Below, piece by piece: positions 38,758 through 47,700 of a DNA stretch of 64,000 nt; within the stretch, counting starts at the first letter, position 1, and the number at the start of each line of letters is the position of its first letter. Position numbers and translations under genes: made by a program. The DNA comes from Oscillospiraceae bacterium. Lineage in GTDB: Bacteria > Bacillota > Clostridia > Oscillospirales > CAG-272. Under the pieces are notes generated by a model that was not told the origin of the DNA, ran no database searches, and worked only from the letters and a program-made list of their open reading frames with translations. The stretch covers positions 45,998 to 109,997 of the forward strand of contig SVRS01000001.1 in assembly GCA_015064695.1 (NCBI GenBank), given 5' to 3'.

Positions 38758-41373
38758 TCACTCTCCCAAATACTCGGGAGCCTCTGCCCCGCCGCAGACG
38801 GCGTTGAGCTGGGGAACCAGGAAGCGATACCGCTGACGCTCCAGCTCGGTGGAGTGGTTCAGGGTGACGTAAGCGCCGGCCGAGAAACCGTCGGTGGTGT
38901 CGGCGCGGGTGATCTTGTAGGTCACAATGTCGGTATTGGCGAAGTTGAGGTTCGTATCGTCATACTGCCCACTAACTACGTTTTGGGCGATCAGCTCATA
39001 GTCGGGAGAGCCGTCCACGGCACGCCAGATGTTGACGGGTTCGGCAAAATCCCAGGTCAGATGCAGATTGCGGTTGGCCTTGAGCGCCGTGGGAACAGGC
39101 TTCTTTTCCCAGGCAGGAATGGCGGTGATGGAGTAGACCCCGCCCGCCACGGTGGCAAATTCGATCTTGTCCTCGTCAATGACCGTGAAATCGAAGTCCA
39201 TAACCGCCTTGGAGATCCCCTTGTAGCTCAGACGGCAGAGGTTGCCCGCCTTGGAGCGGACCGTGATGGTATTCGCACAGCCATTGGTCCACGCTACGTC
39301 TACCTCAAAGCCGCCTCTTGCGCAAAGCCCCGTGTAAGCTCCCTCCGTCCAGTCGTCGGGAATGCAGGCCAGAGGAGCAATGTAGGACTCGTGGCTCTGG
39401 AGCAGCATCTCGGCCACACCCGAGGTGCCGCCGAAGTTGCCGTCGATCTGGAAGGGCGGATGGGTGTCCCACAGATTGGGCAGAGTCCGCTGACCCAGGA
39501 GGTTGCCGTAGAGCTTGTAGGCGCGGTTGCCGTCTCCCGTTCTTGCCCAGGCGTTGAGGCGGTGAGCCAGTGCCCATCCGGTGGACTCGTCGGAGCGGAA
39601 GTTCAGGGTGACCTTGGCGGCATCCAGCCAAGCGGGGGTCTCACGGCCGATGAGGGTACCGGGGTACAGGCCCACCAGCTGGGAGATGTGACGGTGGCGG
39701 AACTCGCCTACCTCACCGTAGAAATTCTCCTCGCGGTATTCCTTAATTTGGCCGCTCCAGCCCACCTGAACGGGGTCGTAGCGGTCGATCTGCTCGCGGA
39801 GCAGGCGGATGACGGGGAGATCCTTTTCGGGGAGATTTTCCTCACCGATCAGCTCCACGCAACGGAGCAGGTCGTGGCCGTTCTCGTAGATCATCTGCTG
39901 GTCGAAGGCACAGCCTACGGTTTGGTAATATTGAACGGGATTGGACCAGTTGTTGCATATGATCTGTTCGGGGGAGGCCGAGAAGACCGAGAGGTAGAGC
40001 CCGTCGTAGTTTCGTACCACCTTGCAAAGATGCTTGGCCATGGATAGCAGTGCCGGGTACGCCGTGTTCAGAAGCACCTCGCGGTCTGCGGTGAAGGCGT
40101 AGGCCTCCCAGAAGAGCTTGGAGGTCAGACCGCCCGTTCCGGGACCCGAGTGTCCGCCGGGACAGCTGACCGTGTAGGCGTAGCTACCCGTGCCGATGGT
40201 CCAACCGCAACCGCCGGGCTCGTCGGTGTAGTTTTCGGGGACGGTCTCCTTGATGTACCGGCGAGCATACACCTCGGCGGCGGGGCGGAAGGCCTCGTTG
40301 AAGTCCTTATAGGCCGTAAAGGTCTCAGCTACGTTGGTGATGAAGGCGGGCCAGTAGTTCATCTGGACGTTGATGTTGTGCCAGTAGCCCGAGCCCCAAG
40401 GGGAGCGATCATGACAGTTCCACACGCCCTGGAGGGTGGCGGGAAGGCAACCGGGGCGGGAGCAGGCGATGAGCAGATAACGACCGAACTGGAAGTACAG
40501 AGCTTCCAGGTAGCGGCTTCTCTCTCCCTTGGCGTAAGCGGCCAGAAGCTCGTCGGTCATGGCCTCGGGGACCTCGGTCTCACCGAAGTGGGCGGTGACG
40601 CGGCCGAACAGATGGGTGTGGTCGGCGATGTGGCGGGCCTTCAGCTCGTCGTAGTCGGAGGTGCAGGCCTTGTCGGCAATGGAATTGACCAGCTCGGCAG
40701 GATCGAAATCCCGTAGCTTCTTCTGACGGTCCTCCTCCAGGAAGACCTCGGGACGAAGCTCGTAGTTGGTTGCCCCGCAGAAGATGAAATAGGTATTCGT
40801 GGCATCCTTGACCTGCAGCTTTCCGCTCTCGGCGGTGACGGTACCGTCCGAGAAGACCCGTAGCTGTCCGCCGAAGCGGACATGGAAATAGCACATGATG
40901 CCGCTCATAGTGATGGTGTTCCCGAAGGCGGTCACGGTGCCCCGCTTCTGACGAGGTTCCTCCTCGGTTAAGTAGGGAATCTGCAGCTCCACCGTGAGGG
41001 AAAGAGGCTTGGTGGACGTGATACGGCCCACCACGGCGCGGTCGGGGTAGGTGGCGAAGTATTCTCTCTCTACGCGGACACCGTTCACGTCGTAGCCGAC
41101 GTAAGCAAGCGCGCGGCCGATGTCCAGCCCGCGCTCATAGTTGGTTGCTTCCTCAAGTGTGTGGGGGAAGCGGACGAAAATATCGGCAAAGCTGTTGAGT
41201 CCGCCGGTGTCCCAGTCGTTTTCGGCGGAGTTCTCGGTGATCTGGATGCGCTCGTAATTCACACCGCCGAAGACGTTACCGCCCAGGTAGGAGTTACCGA
41301 TGGGCATGGAGTATTTTTCCCAGCCCTCAGCGGAATCGGGGGCAGGGGTGCCGTATCTGAGCTTGTATTCCAT
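38758..41373 (-). CDS. Glycoside hydrolase family 95 (alpha-L-fucosidase-type)
   Basis: The start at 41373 (MEYKLRYGTPAPDSAEGWEKYSMPIGNSYLGGNVFGG) follows ACGGAG. The GH95 N-terminal domain is followed by an (alpha/alpha)6 core (LQGVWN...PWGSGYWHNINVQMNYWP; ...HPPFQIDGNFGGTSGVAEMLLQSH). Confidence 0.85.
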   Translation of the reverse strand: MEYKLRYGTPAPDSAEGWEKYSMPIGNSYLGGNVFGGVNYERIQITENSAENDWDTGGLNSFADIFVRFPHTLEEATNYERGLDIGRALAYVGYDVNGVRVEREYFATYPDRAVVGRITSTKPLSLTVELQIPYLTEEEPRQKRGTVTAFGNTITMSGIMCYFHVRFGGQLRVFSDGTVTAESGKLQVKDATNTYFIFCGATNYELRPEVFLEEDRQKKLRDFDPAELVNSIADKACTSDYDELKARHIADHTHLFGRVTAHFGETEVPEAMTDELLAAYAKGERSRYLEALYFQFGRYLLIACSRPGCLPATLQGVWNCHDRSPWGSGYWHNINVQMNYWPAFITNVAETFTAYKDFNEAFRPAAEVYARRYIKETVPENYTDEPGGCGWTIGTGSYAYTVSCPGGHSGPGTGGLTSKLFWEAYAFTADREVLLNTAYPALLSMAKHLCKVVRNYDGLYLSVFSASPEQIICNNWSNPVQYYQTVGCAFDQQMIYENGHDLLRCVELIGEENLPEKDLPVIRLLREQIDRYDPVQVGWSGQIKEYREENFYGEVGEFRHRHISQLVGLYPGTLIGRETPAWLDAAKVTLNFRSDESTGWALAHRLNAWARTGDGNRAYKLYGNLLGQRTLPNLWDTHPPFQIDGNFGGTSGVAEMLLQSHESYIAPLACIPDDWTEGAYTGLCARGGFEVDVAWTNGCANTITVRSKAGNLCRLSYKGISKAVMDFDFTVIDEDKIEFATVAGGVYSITAIPAWEKKPVPTALKANRNLHLTWDFAEPVNIWRAVDGSPDYELIAQNVVSGQYDDTNLNFANTDIVTYKITRADTTDGFSAGAYVTLNHSTELERQRYRFLVPQLNAVCGGAEAPEYLGE

Positions 41374-41598
41374 AATGGCTCCGTTCTGCCGCATGGTATA
41401 TTGTCTGCTCCAAGTAGAAAGACGATGCGGCTTTTTTTGTCGTTCCGGGCGCCGTGGGGCAAATTGCCCGATTCCATCCCGCTTGGATGGCGGCGCGTTG
41501 TCGAACATTCACATTATACCATACGGCGGCATGAAAATCGACCGAAAAATGTAAATATTTTTACAAATTGCGGAATTGCCGTAAAATCCGATGCGCCC

Positions 41599-41627
41599 TT
41601 GACAGGCAGACCGTTTTGTGGTATAAT
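41599..41627 (+). promoter_or_regulatory. SigA-type promoter for the HAD/DMT operon
   Basis: TTGACA (41599-41604), a 17-nt spacer ending in TGTGG, then TATAAT (41622-41627). Confidence 0.6.
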
Positions 41628-41655
41628 AAGCCCATCAAGCCCAAAGGAGGACATT

Positions 41656-42378
41656 ATGAAAGCAGAAGCCATTATTTTCGATAAGGATGGAACTTTGATC
41701 GACTTCGATGCATTTTGGGTCTCGGTCTCGGTCAAGGCTATTGAGGACGTATTGCATCAGACAGGGCTGCAGGAGGTCCCCGTTACGGCCATTCTGGAGG
41801 CCTTTGGTGTCCACGACGGTGTGACCGACATCAACGGTGTTCTGTGTAAGGGAACCTACGAGGAAATGGGCCACATCGTCCACGGGATCCTGGCGGCCCA
41901 CGGATGTACTCTCACCCGCGACGAGGTGGTGAAAATTGTCCTGGATGCCTATAACCGTAACGCCGATGCGGGCGATGTCAAGCCCACCTGCCCCGAGCTG
42001 GCCGAGGTGCTGACCGGCTTGAAGGCACGGGGAATTAAGCTGGCCGTGGTGACCACGGATAATATGGCCATTACCCGCAAGTGCCTGGATAAGCTGGGGA
42101 TCACCCACCTGTTCGAGCATATCTATACCGACGACGGTGATGCTCCCACTAAGCCCGACCCCGCCTGCGCGTACGATTTCTGCCGCCGCGTCGGGGTAGA
42201 GAAGGAGCGCGTGGTGATGGTGGGTGACACCATGACCGATATGCGGTTTGCCAAGAACGCCGGCATCTTCTCGGTGGGGCTGGCGCGCAACGAGCAGAAT
42301 CACGCCGTCCTGGCCCCCGTTGCCGGAGCGGTCATCTCGGCCATGACCCAACTGACCGCCGTGCTGGAGCAGAGCTGA
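41656..42378 (+). CDS. HAD-IA family hydrolase (phosphatase)
   Basis: The start at 41656 follows AAAGGAGG. Motif I is IIFDKDGTLID, motif II VVTTDN, and motif IV MVGDTMTDM. The longer track ORF (from 41161) is antisense to GH95. Confidence 0.85.
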   Translation: MKAEAIIFDKDGTLIDFDAFWVSVSVKAIEDVLHQTGLQEVPVTAILEAFGVHDGVTDINGVLCKGTYEEMGHIVHGILAAHGCTLTRDEVVKIVLDAYNRNADAGDVKPTCPELAEVLTGLKARGIKLAVVTTDNMAITRKCLDKLGITHLFEHIYTDDGDAPTKPDPACAYDFCRRVGVEKERVVMVGDTMTDMRFAKNAGIFSVGLARNEQNHAVLAPVAGAVISAMTQLTAVLEQS

Positions 42379-42381
42379 GCC

Positions 42382-43338
42382 ATGATCCGTGGAATTTTAG
42401 CCGGCATGACCTGGGCTGTCGAGACCGTCGTCCTGGGCATTGCCCTGGGGATGTCTCCCTTTCTTGCTACCGAGCAGGCCATCCTGCTGGCACCCTTCGT
42501 GTCAACCTTCCTGCATGATGCCTGTTCGGCCTTGTTCATGTTCATCTATAACGCCGTTCGCGGCAACCTGAAAGGCCTTTTCGGAGCGTGCAGGACCCGC
42601 GACTTCAAGTGGCTGGTCCTGGCCTCGGCCATCGGCGGGCCCATCGGTATGACGGGCTACGTCTTGGCGGTCAACTACTTGGGGGCCTCGGTGGGCGCGG
42701 TGGCCAGCGCGGTCTACCCCGCTATCGGTACGGTCCTGGCCTACGTCTTTTTGAAGGAAAAAGTCAAGTGGTATCAGTGGATATTCTTGGCCATGACCCT
42801 GCTGGGCGTGTTTGGGCTCAGCTATTCTCCCGACCTGAACGTGAAGAACTTCTGGCTGGGACTTCTGGGGGCGTTCATGTGCGCCTTCGGCTGGGGCATT
42901 GAGGCGGTCATCCTGGCCAAGTGCCTCAAGGATGATTCCGTCAAGACCGAGTACGCCCTCAACATCCGCCAAACCGTCTCGGCTCTGATCTACGGCGTGG
43001 TCATCCTGCCCATCCTGGGCGGTTGGGACCTGACGATCAGCCTGTTCACCGAGGGGACGGGTATGCTCATCCCCACCGTTGCCATCGCCGCCCTGGCCGC
43101 AACGGTGTCCTACCTGTTCTACTACTCCGCCATCGGCCGCCTGGGAGCCTCCAAGGCCATGGCATTGAACATCACCTACACCGCCTGGGCCATCCTGTTC
43201 ACGGTCATCATCCTGCGGGATCTCAGCGTGCTGAAGCCCTTTACCCTCCTCTGCGCGGGGGTGATCGTGGTGTGCGGGATCTTCGCGGCGACCGATCTGA
43301 AGGTGCTGTTTGCCAAGCGCTCCAAGCATAAGGAGTGA
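42382..43338 (+). CDS. DMT-superfamily (EamA/GRP-like) transporter
   Basis: About 10 predicted TM helices arranged as two EamA-like halves. The gene starts 4 nt after the HAD stop. Confidence 0.75.
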   Translation: MIRGILAGMTWAVETVVLGIALGMSPFLATEQAILLAPFVSTFLHDACSALFMFIYNAVRGNLKGLFGACRTRDFKWLVLASAIGGPIGMTGYVLAVNYLGASVGAVASAVYPAIGTVLAYVFLKEKVKWYQWIFLAMTLLGVFGLSYSPDLNVKNFWLGLLGAFMCAFGWGIEAVILAKCLKDDSVKTEYALNIRQTVSALIYGVVILPILGGWDLTISLFTEGTGMLIPTVAIAALAATVSYLFYYSAIGRLGASKAMALNITYTAWAILFTVIILRDLSVLKPFTLLCAGVIVVCGIFAATDLKVLFAKRSKHKE

Positions 43339-43437
43339 AATAGGAAAACAAAAAGAGGATCACACACCGCTGTATTCGTAGCGAAGAAAGCAATTTCATC
43401 ATGCAAGGCGGGGGCTTTCTCCCGCCGTATACAAAAG

Positions 43438-43475
43438 CCCCGACAGATTTCAAAGTCTGTCGGGGTTATCATTTT
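43438..43475. terminator. Bidirectional terminator hairpin
   Basis: CCCCGACAGA-TTTCAAAG-TCTGTCGGGG followed by TTATCATTTT. Confidence 0.6.
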
Positions 43476-43812
43476 ACGATTCATCATTCATTGTGGAAAT
43501 AAAAGTCTCTAAATTGATGCTATGATGATATTTGATCGAGGCTTTTTTATCTTTTTCAAGCATAGTAGAGGTAAGGTCAATGTCATTGATCGCTGCTATT
43601 GCAACGATATAGTGAATCATGTCCGCAAGCTCAGTTCCAAGCTCCGTTTGTAAATCAACATCCATCGCCTGTTTGCTTCCCGACCTCATGTTGATCACTT
43701 CGGCTACCTCTCCCATTTCTTCGACCAACTTCAGGAAAAGCCCTTGTTCATTTGCCCATCCCCCGTATCGATCCAGCAAATATTTTTCTAATACGTCAAT
43801 CGTAATGTCCAT
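43474..43812 (-). CDS. MazG-like nucleotide pyrophosphohydrolase domain protein
   Basis: LKLVEEMGEVAEVI...ELGTELADMIHYIVAIAAINDIDL is the EExxE/four-helix MazG signature. The gene is visibly more AT-rich than its neighbours. Confidence 0.7.
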   Translation of the reverse strand: MDITIDVLEKYLLDRYGGWANEQGLFLKLVEEMGEVAEVINMRSGSKQAMDVDLQTELGTELADMIHYIVAIAAINDIDLTSTMLEKDKKASIKYHHSINLETFISTMNDES

Positions 43813-43860
43813 TTTCTTTCTCCTTTAGCGTTTCGCGATATTTGAGTCGTTCGGGAGGCT

Positions 43861-43908
43861 GGTCCCTACATTTTCAATAGGGTTCCCGGCCGCCGGAGGC
43901 TCGCTCCC
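43861..43908. repeat. 3'-end repeat module, copy 3
   Basis: Imperfect hairpin GGTCCCTA...TAGGGTTCC followed by CGGCCGCCGGAGGCTCGCTCCC. It lies just 3' of the ABC transporter stop. Confidence 0.6.
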
Positions 43909-43916
43909 CCGTTCTC

Positions 43917-45782
43917 TCAAGTAAACTGCGCATTATACAGCGACGCATAGAACCCGCCCGCCGCTAAAAGCTGGTCGTGGGTGCCCGCCTCGGTCACCAG
44001 ACCGTCCCGCACCACCAGAATGCGGTCGGCGTTCTTAATGGTGGAGAGACGGTGAGCGATGACGAAGCAGGTGCGCCCCTTCATCAGCTCGTAGAGCGCA
44101 TCCTGGATCAGCTTTTCGGTGCGGGAGTCCACGTTGGAGGTGGCCTCGTCCAGAATCAGAATGGGGGCGTCCGACAGCATGGCGCGGGCGATGGTCAGAA
44201 GCTGCTTCTGCCCCTTGGAAATGTTCACACCGTCGTCGGACAGAACGGTCATGTAGCCCTCGGGCAGGGACTCAATAAAGTGATGAATGTGGGCGGCCTT
44301 GGCGGCTCTCACCACGTCCTCCATGGTGGCCCCCTCGGTGCCGTAGACAATGTTGTCGTAGACCGTCCCGCAGAACAGCCAGGTGTCCTGAAGCACCATG
44401 GTGTAGGCTCTCCGCAAGCTGTCACGAGTCAGATCGGTGATCTCGTGGCCGTCCACCGTGACGGTGCCGCCCTGCTTGTCGTAGAACCGCATGAGCAGAT
44501 TGATGACCGTGGTCTTGCCCGCGCCCGTGGGTCCCACGATGGCGATCAGCTCGCCCTTGTCCGCATGGAGATTCAAACCGTGGAGAATTTCCTTCTCGGG
44601 AATATAGCCGAAATGGACGTCATCCATGTCTACAATGCCTTGGGTGTTCGTCAGTGTCTCGGCGTTGAGCTTGTCCGCAGGCTCGGCAGGCTCGTCCAAG
44701 AGGTTGAAGATGCGCTCCGCCGCCGATGCCGCCGACTGAAACTCACTCAAGATGTTGGCAAACTCGTTGATGGGCCCGGAGAACTTGCGGGAATACTGCA
44801 CGAAGGAGGATACGTCACCCAGATTGATCACCAGCAAGGGGTGGAGCCCCGTAACGGTCAGCGTCATAAGGTAGAAAACACCGCCCAGCACGGTAATGAG
44901 GGTCAGGGAGAGGTTGTTGACAAAGTTGACGGTGGGGCCGATCACCGAGCCCTGGTAGTCGGCGCGGTAGTAGGCCTCGCAGGCCTCGGTGTTGTGGACG
45001 TCAAAGCGGGTGACGATCTCAGCCTCACTGTTGTAGGCCTTAATGGTGCGGTGGCCCGACAGCATCTCCTCGGCGTAGCCGTTCAGCTCGCCCAGCATGG
45101 CCGAGCGCTTGCGGAACAGGGGACGGATCTTCTTGGTCTTGTACCGTGTGAACAGAATGGACACGGGGACCGTGATCACGAAAACGCAGAGCAGCAGAGG
45201 GGAGATGATCAGCATCATGACCAGAGATCCCACCACCGTGATCACGCTGGCGCAGATCTGAAGCAGATCGTTGGACAGAGAGGCGTTGACCGTGTCGATG
45301 TCGTAGGAAATGTGGGAGACGATCTCACCCGTCTGATGGGTGTCGAAGTAGCTGACGGGAAGCTCGGTCAGATGGGCAAAGACCTCGCGGCGCATGGTGT
45401 AGGAAATGCGCTGGCTGATCCAGGCCATGAGAATGGCCAACCCGTAAGACATGACGGCGGATATGGCGTAGAAAACAATGAGCATGAGACAGTAGGTCTT
45501 GACGGTGTCAAAATCCACTGCCCCCACGGCGGAGGCAATGCTCCCCGTTACGGCACCGCCCTTGGCCGTTCCAAAGGGGTCAATGGCATTGATGACCTTG
45601 CCCGACAGAGCAGGTCCTGCCAAAGCCAGCAGATTGGAGATCAGCATCATGCAGAAGGCGGCCAGCATGGCCCACTTATAGCGGAGCATATAGCGAAGGA
45701 CGCGGCCGAATACCCGGACGCGGCGGGCTTTGTCCATTTTTTGATTCTGAGCGGCTCGGGGATCGTTAATGGAACGCCCCAT
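43917..45782 (-). CDS. ABC transporter, fused permease/ATPase (exporter type), subunit 2
   Basis: Six-TM domain plus Walker A GPTGAGKTT, signature LSKGQKQLL and Walker B ILILDEATS. The start is set at 45782 (MGRSIND...); the track ORF extension overlaps the upstream gene. Confidence 0.85.
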   Translation of the reverse strand: MGRSINDPRAAQNQKMDKARRVRVFGRVLRYMLRYKWAMLAAFCMMLISNLLALAGPALSGKVINAIDPFGTAKGGAVTGSIASAVGAVDFDTVKTYCLMLIVFYAISAVMSYGLAILMAWISQRISYTMRREVFAHLTELPVSYFDTHQTGEIVSHISYDIDTVNASLSNDLLQICASVITVVGSLVMMLIISPLLLCVFVITVPVSILFTRYKTKKIRPLFRKRSAMLGELNGYAEEMLSGHRTIKAYNSEAEIVTRFDVHNTEACEAYYRADYQGSVIGPTVNFVNNLSLTLITVLGGVFYLMTLTVTGLHPLLVINLGDVSSFVQYSRKFSGPINEFANILSEFQSAASAAERIFNLLDEPAEPADKLNAETLTNTQGIVDMDDVHFGYIPEKEILHGLNLHADKGELIAIVGPTGAGKTTVINLLMRFYDKQGGTVTVDGHEITDLTRDSLRRAYTMVLQDTWLFCGTVYDNIVYGTEGATMEDVVRAAKAAHIHHFIESLPEGYMTVLSDDGVNISKGQKQLLTIARAMLSDAPILILDEATSNVDSRTEKLIQDALYELMKGRTCFVIAHRLSTIKNADRILVVRDGLVTEAGTHDQLLAAGGFYASLYNAQFT

Positions 45783-45795
45783 GCCTCGGCTTTGA

Positions 45796-47565
45796 TTATT
45801 CAAGGATAGCACCTCCCATCTGGGATTCTGCGATCTCGCGGTAGACCGGGCAGGTCTCGCTGAGGTGGTCGTGGGTGCCGTGGCCAATGATAGCCCCCTG
45901 ATCCATGACCAGGATGAGATCGGCGTGCTTGATGGAGCTGACACGCTGGGCAACGATTACCGTGGTAGCGCGGTTGATAACCTCATCCTCCCGCAATGCG
46001 CTTCGCAGGGCCGCATCGGTTTTGTAGTCCAGCGCCGAGGACGCATCGTCCAGCACCAGAATATCGGGGGAGCCCGCCAGGGCGCGGGCAATGAGCAGAC
46101 GTTGCTTTTGTCCGCCGCTGAGATTGGTACCCTTGACGGTCAGCTTGTGGTCGTAGCCGTCGGCCAGCTTGGATATGAATTCGTGGGCCTGGGCCATGGT
46201 GGCGGCGTGAACCACCTGCTCGTGGGAAATATCCCGCCCAAAGCGAATATTGTCCTCAATGGTGCCCGCATAGAGGAAATCGTTTTGCATAGCGATGCCG
46301 AAGCGGGAACGTAACTCGGCGGGGGTCATGGTGCGGATATCCTTGCCCCCGATGCGGATGGTACCGCTATCTTTGGGGATTTGGTAGAAGCGCATGAGCA
46401 GGGAGAGCAGGGTAGTCTTTCCGCTGCCCGTTGCGCCGATGATGCCCAGAGTGCCGCCGCGGGGCAGGTTAAAGGAAATATTGTGGGCGTTGTCTGTTTT
46501 GCCGCGGTAGGAGAAGGTGACGTTTTCAAAGGAAATATAGCGGTCTGCGCTTTCGGGAAGCGCCATGGCTCCCTCGGAGGCAGACTCGCACGCATCCTGC
46601 CCCTTGGCATCCAGTACCTCACAGATGCGGTTCATGGAGGCAGTACCCTTGGTGAACATCATGAAGATACGGGTGATGGACAAAAGAGCGTTGGAGAGGA
46701 TTGTGAAATATTGGATGAAGGAAATGATGGTGCCGGGCTGGCACAGACCGCTGTTGACGCGGATAGCGCCCACGAACATCACCGCTACCAAGCCAACGTT
46801 CAGAAACAGATTGATCAGCGGATTGGAGATGGACATGTTGGCTGAGGCCTTCATGCCGTCGTGTACCAACTGCTCGTTGACCGCCTCGTACCGACCCTGC
46901 TCGTATTCCTTGCGGGAAAGGGCCTTGATGACGCGGATGCCCTGAGCATCCTCGCGAACCACCCGAACCATGGCATCCCCCGATTGCTGGGATCTTCGGT
47001 ACAGCGGAACACCCCGCTTGGAAACGATATACACCGTCAGCACGATGAGGGGCATCACCGAGAACATCACCAGGGTCAGAACGGAGTCCAGGGCCAGGGT
47101 AATGAGCAATCCGCCGGCCAGCAGAATGGGGGCGCGCACACCTAACCTCTGCATCATGCCCACCATGTGATGAACGTTATAGGTGTCGGAGGTCAAACGG
47201 GATTCCAGAGAAGGGACCGTAAAGGCATCCGCTTGGGCGCAGGACAAGCGCATGGTGCTGTCAAAGAGATCGTGACGAATGGCGGTGGCCACATCCTTGG
47301 CTACGTGAGCCGCCATGCGGTTGGCCACGATGTTGAAGACAAGCGCCGCCACGGCGCAGACCGCCATCAAGCCGCCCCACAGAAGAATGGCGCTCAAGCC
47401 CCCGCGAGTATCTCCCGATGAGGCATAGGTGACAATGATCTCGTCGAGAATCATACCCAATATATAAGGGAGCGCCAGCTCCACCAGCGTACCCGCCACC
47501 TTGATGGCGAGTCCTACCGACATCCGCCCGAAAAAGGGGTGCAGGTAGGCGAACAGACGTTTCAA
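45796..47565 (-). CDS. ABC transporter, fused permease/ATPase (exporter type), subunit 1
   Basis: Walker A GATGSGKTT, signature LSGGQKQRL and Walker B ILVLDDASS. The heterodimeric pair arrangement is typical of Firmicutes multidrug-type exporters. Confidence 0.9.
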   Translation of the reverse strand: MKRLFAYLHPFFGRMSVGLAIKVAGTLVELALPYILGMILDEIIVTYASSGDTRGGLSAILLWGGLMAVCAVAALVFNIVANRMAAHVAKDVATAIRHDLFDSTMRLSCAQADAFTVPSLESRLTSDTYNVHHMVGMMQRLGVRAPILLAGGLLITLALDSVLTLVMFSVMPLIVLTVYIVSKRGVPLYRRSQQSGDAMVRVVREDAQGIRVIKALSRKEYEQGRYEAVNEQLVHDGMKASANMSISNPLINLFLNVGLVAVMFVGAIRVNSGLCQPGTIISFIQYFTILSNALLSITRIFMMFTKGTASMNRICEVLDAKGQDACESASEGAMALPESADRYISFENVTFSYRGKTDNAHNISFNLPRGGTLGIIGATGSGKTTLLSLLMRFYQIPKDSGTIRIGGKDIRTMTPAELRSRFGIAMQNDFLYAGTIEDNIRFGRDISHEQVVHAATMAQAHEFISKLADGYDHKLTVKGTNLSGGQKQRLLIARALAGSPDILVLDDASSALDYKTDAALRSALREDEVINRATTVIVAQRVSSIKHADLILVMDQGAIIGHGTHDHLSETCPVYREIAESQMGGAILE

Positions 47566-47632
47566 ATTCTATTCAACTCCTTCCAAAACCAAATGCATAC
47601 AATCGAATCGGCTCTATTATAACACAAAATAC

Positions 47633-47688
47633 CCCGTTTCGCAAGCATTCTGCCCAAAAAACAGAAAACTTTCTGCGAAACGGGTTTT
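47633..47688 (-). terminator. Terminator-like hairpin after rsmB
   Basis: CCGTTTCGCA ... TGCGAAACGG forms a 10-bp stem with an inner TTCTG/CAGAA stem. U-rich tracts flank it on both strands. Confidence 0.5.
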
Positions 47689-47700
47689 AGAGCTGTACGG

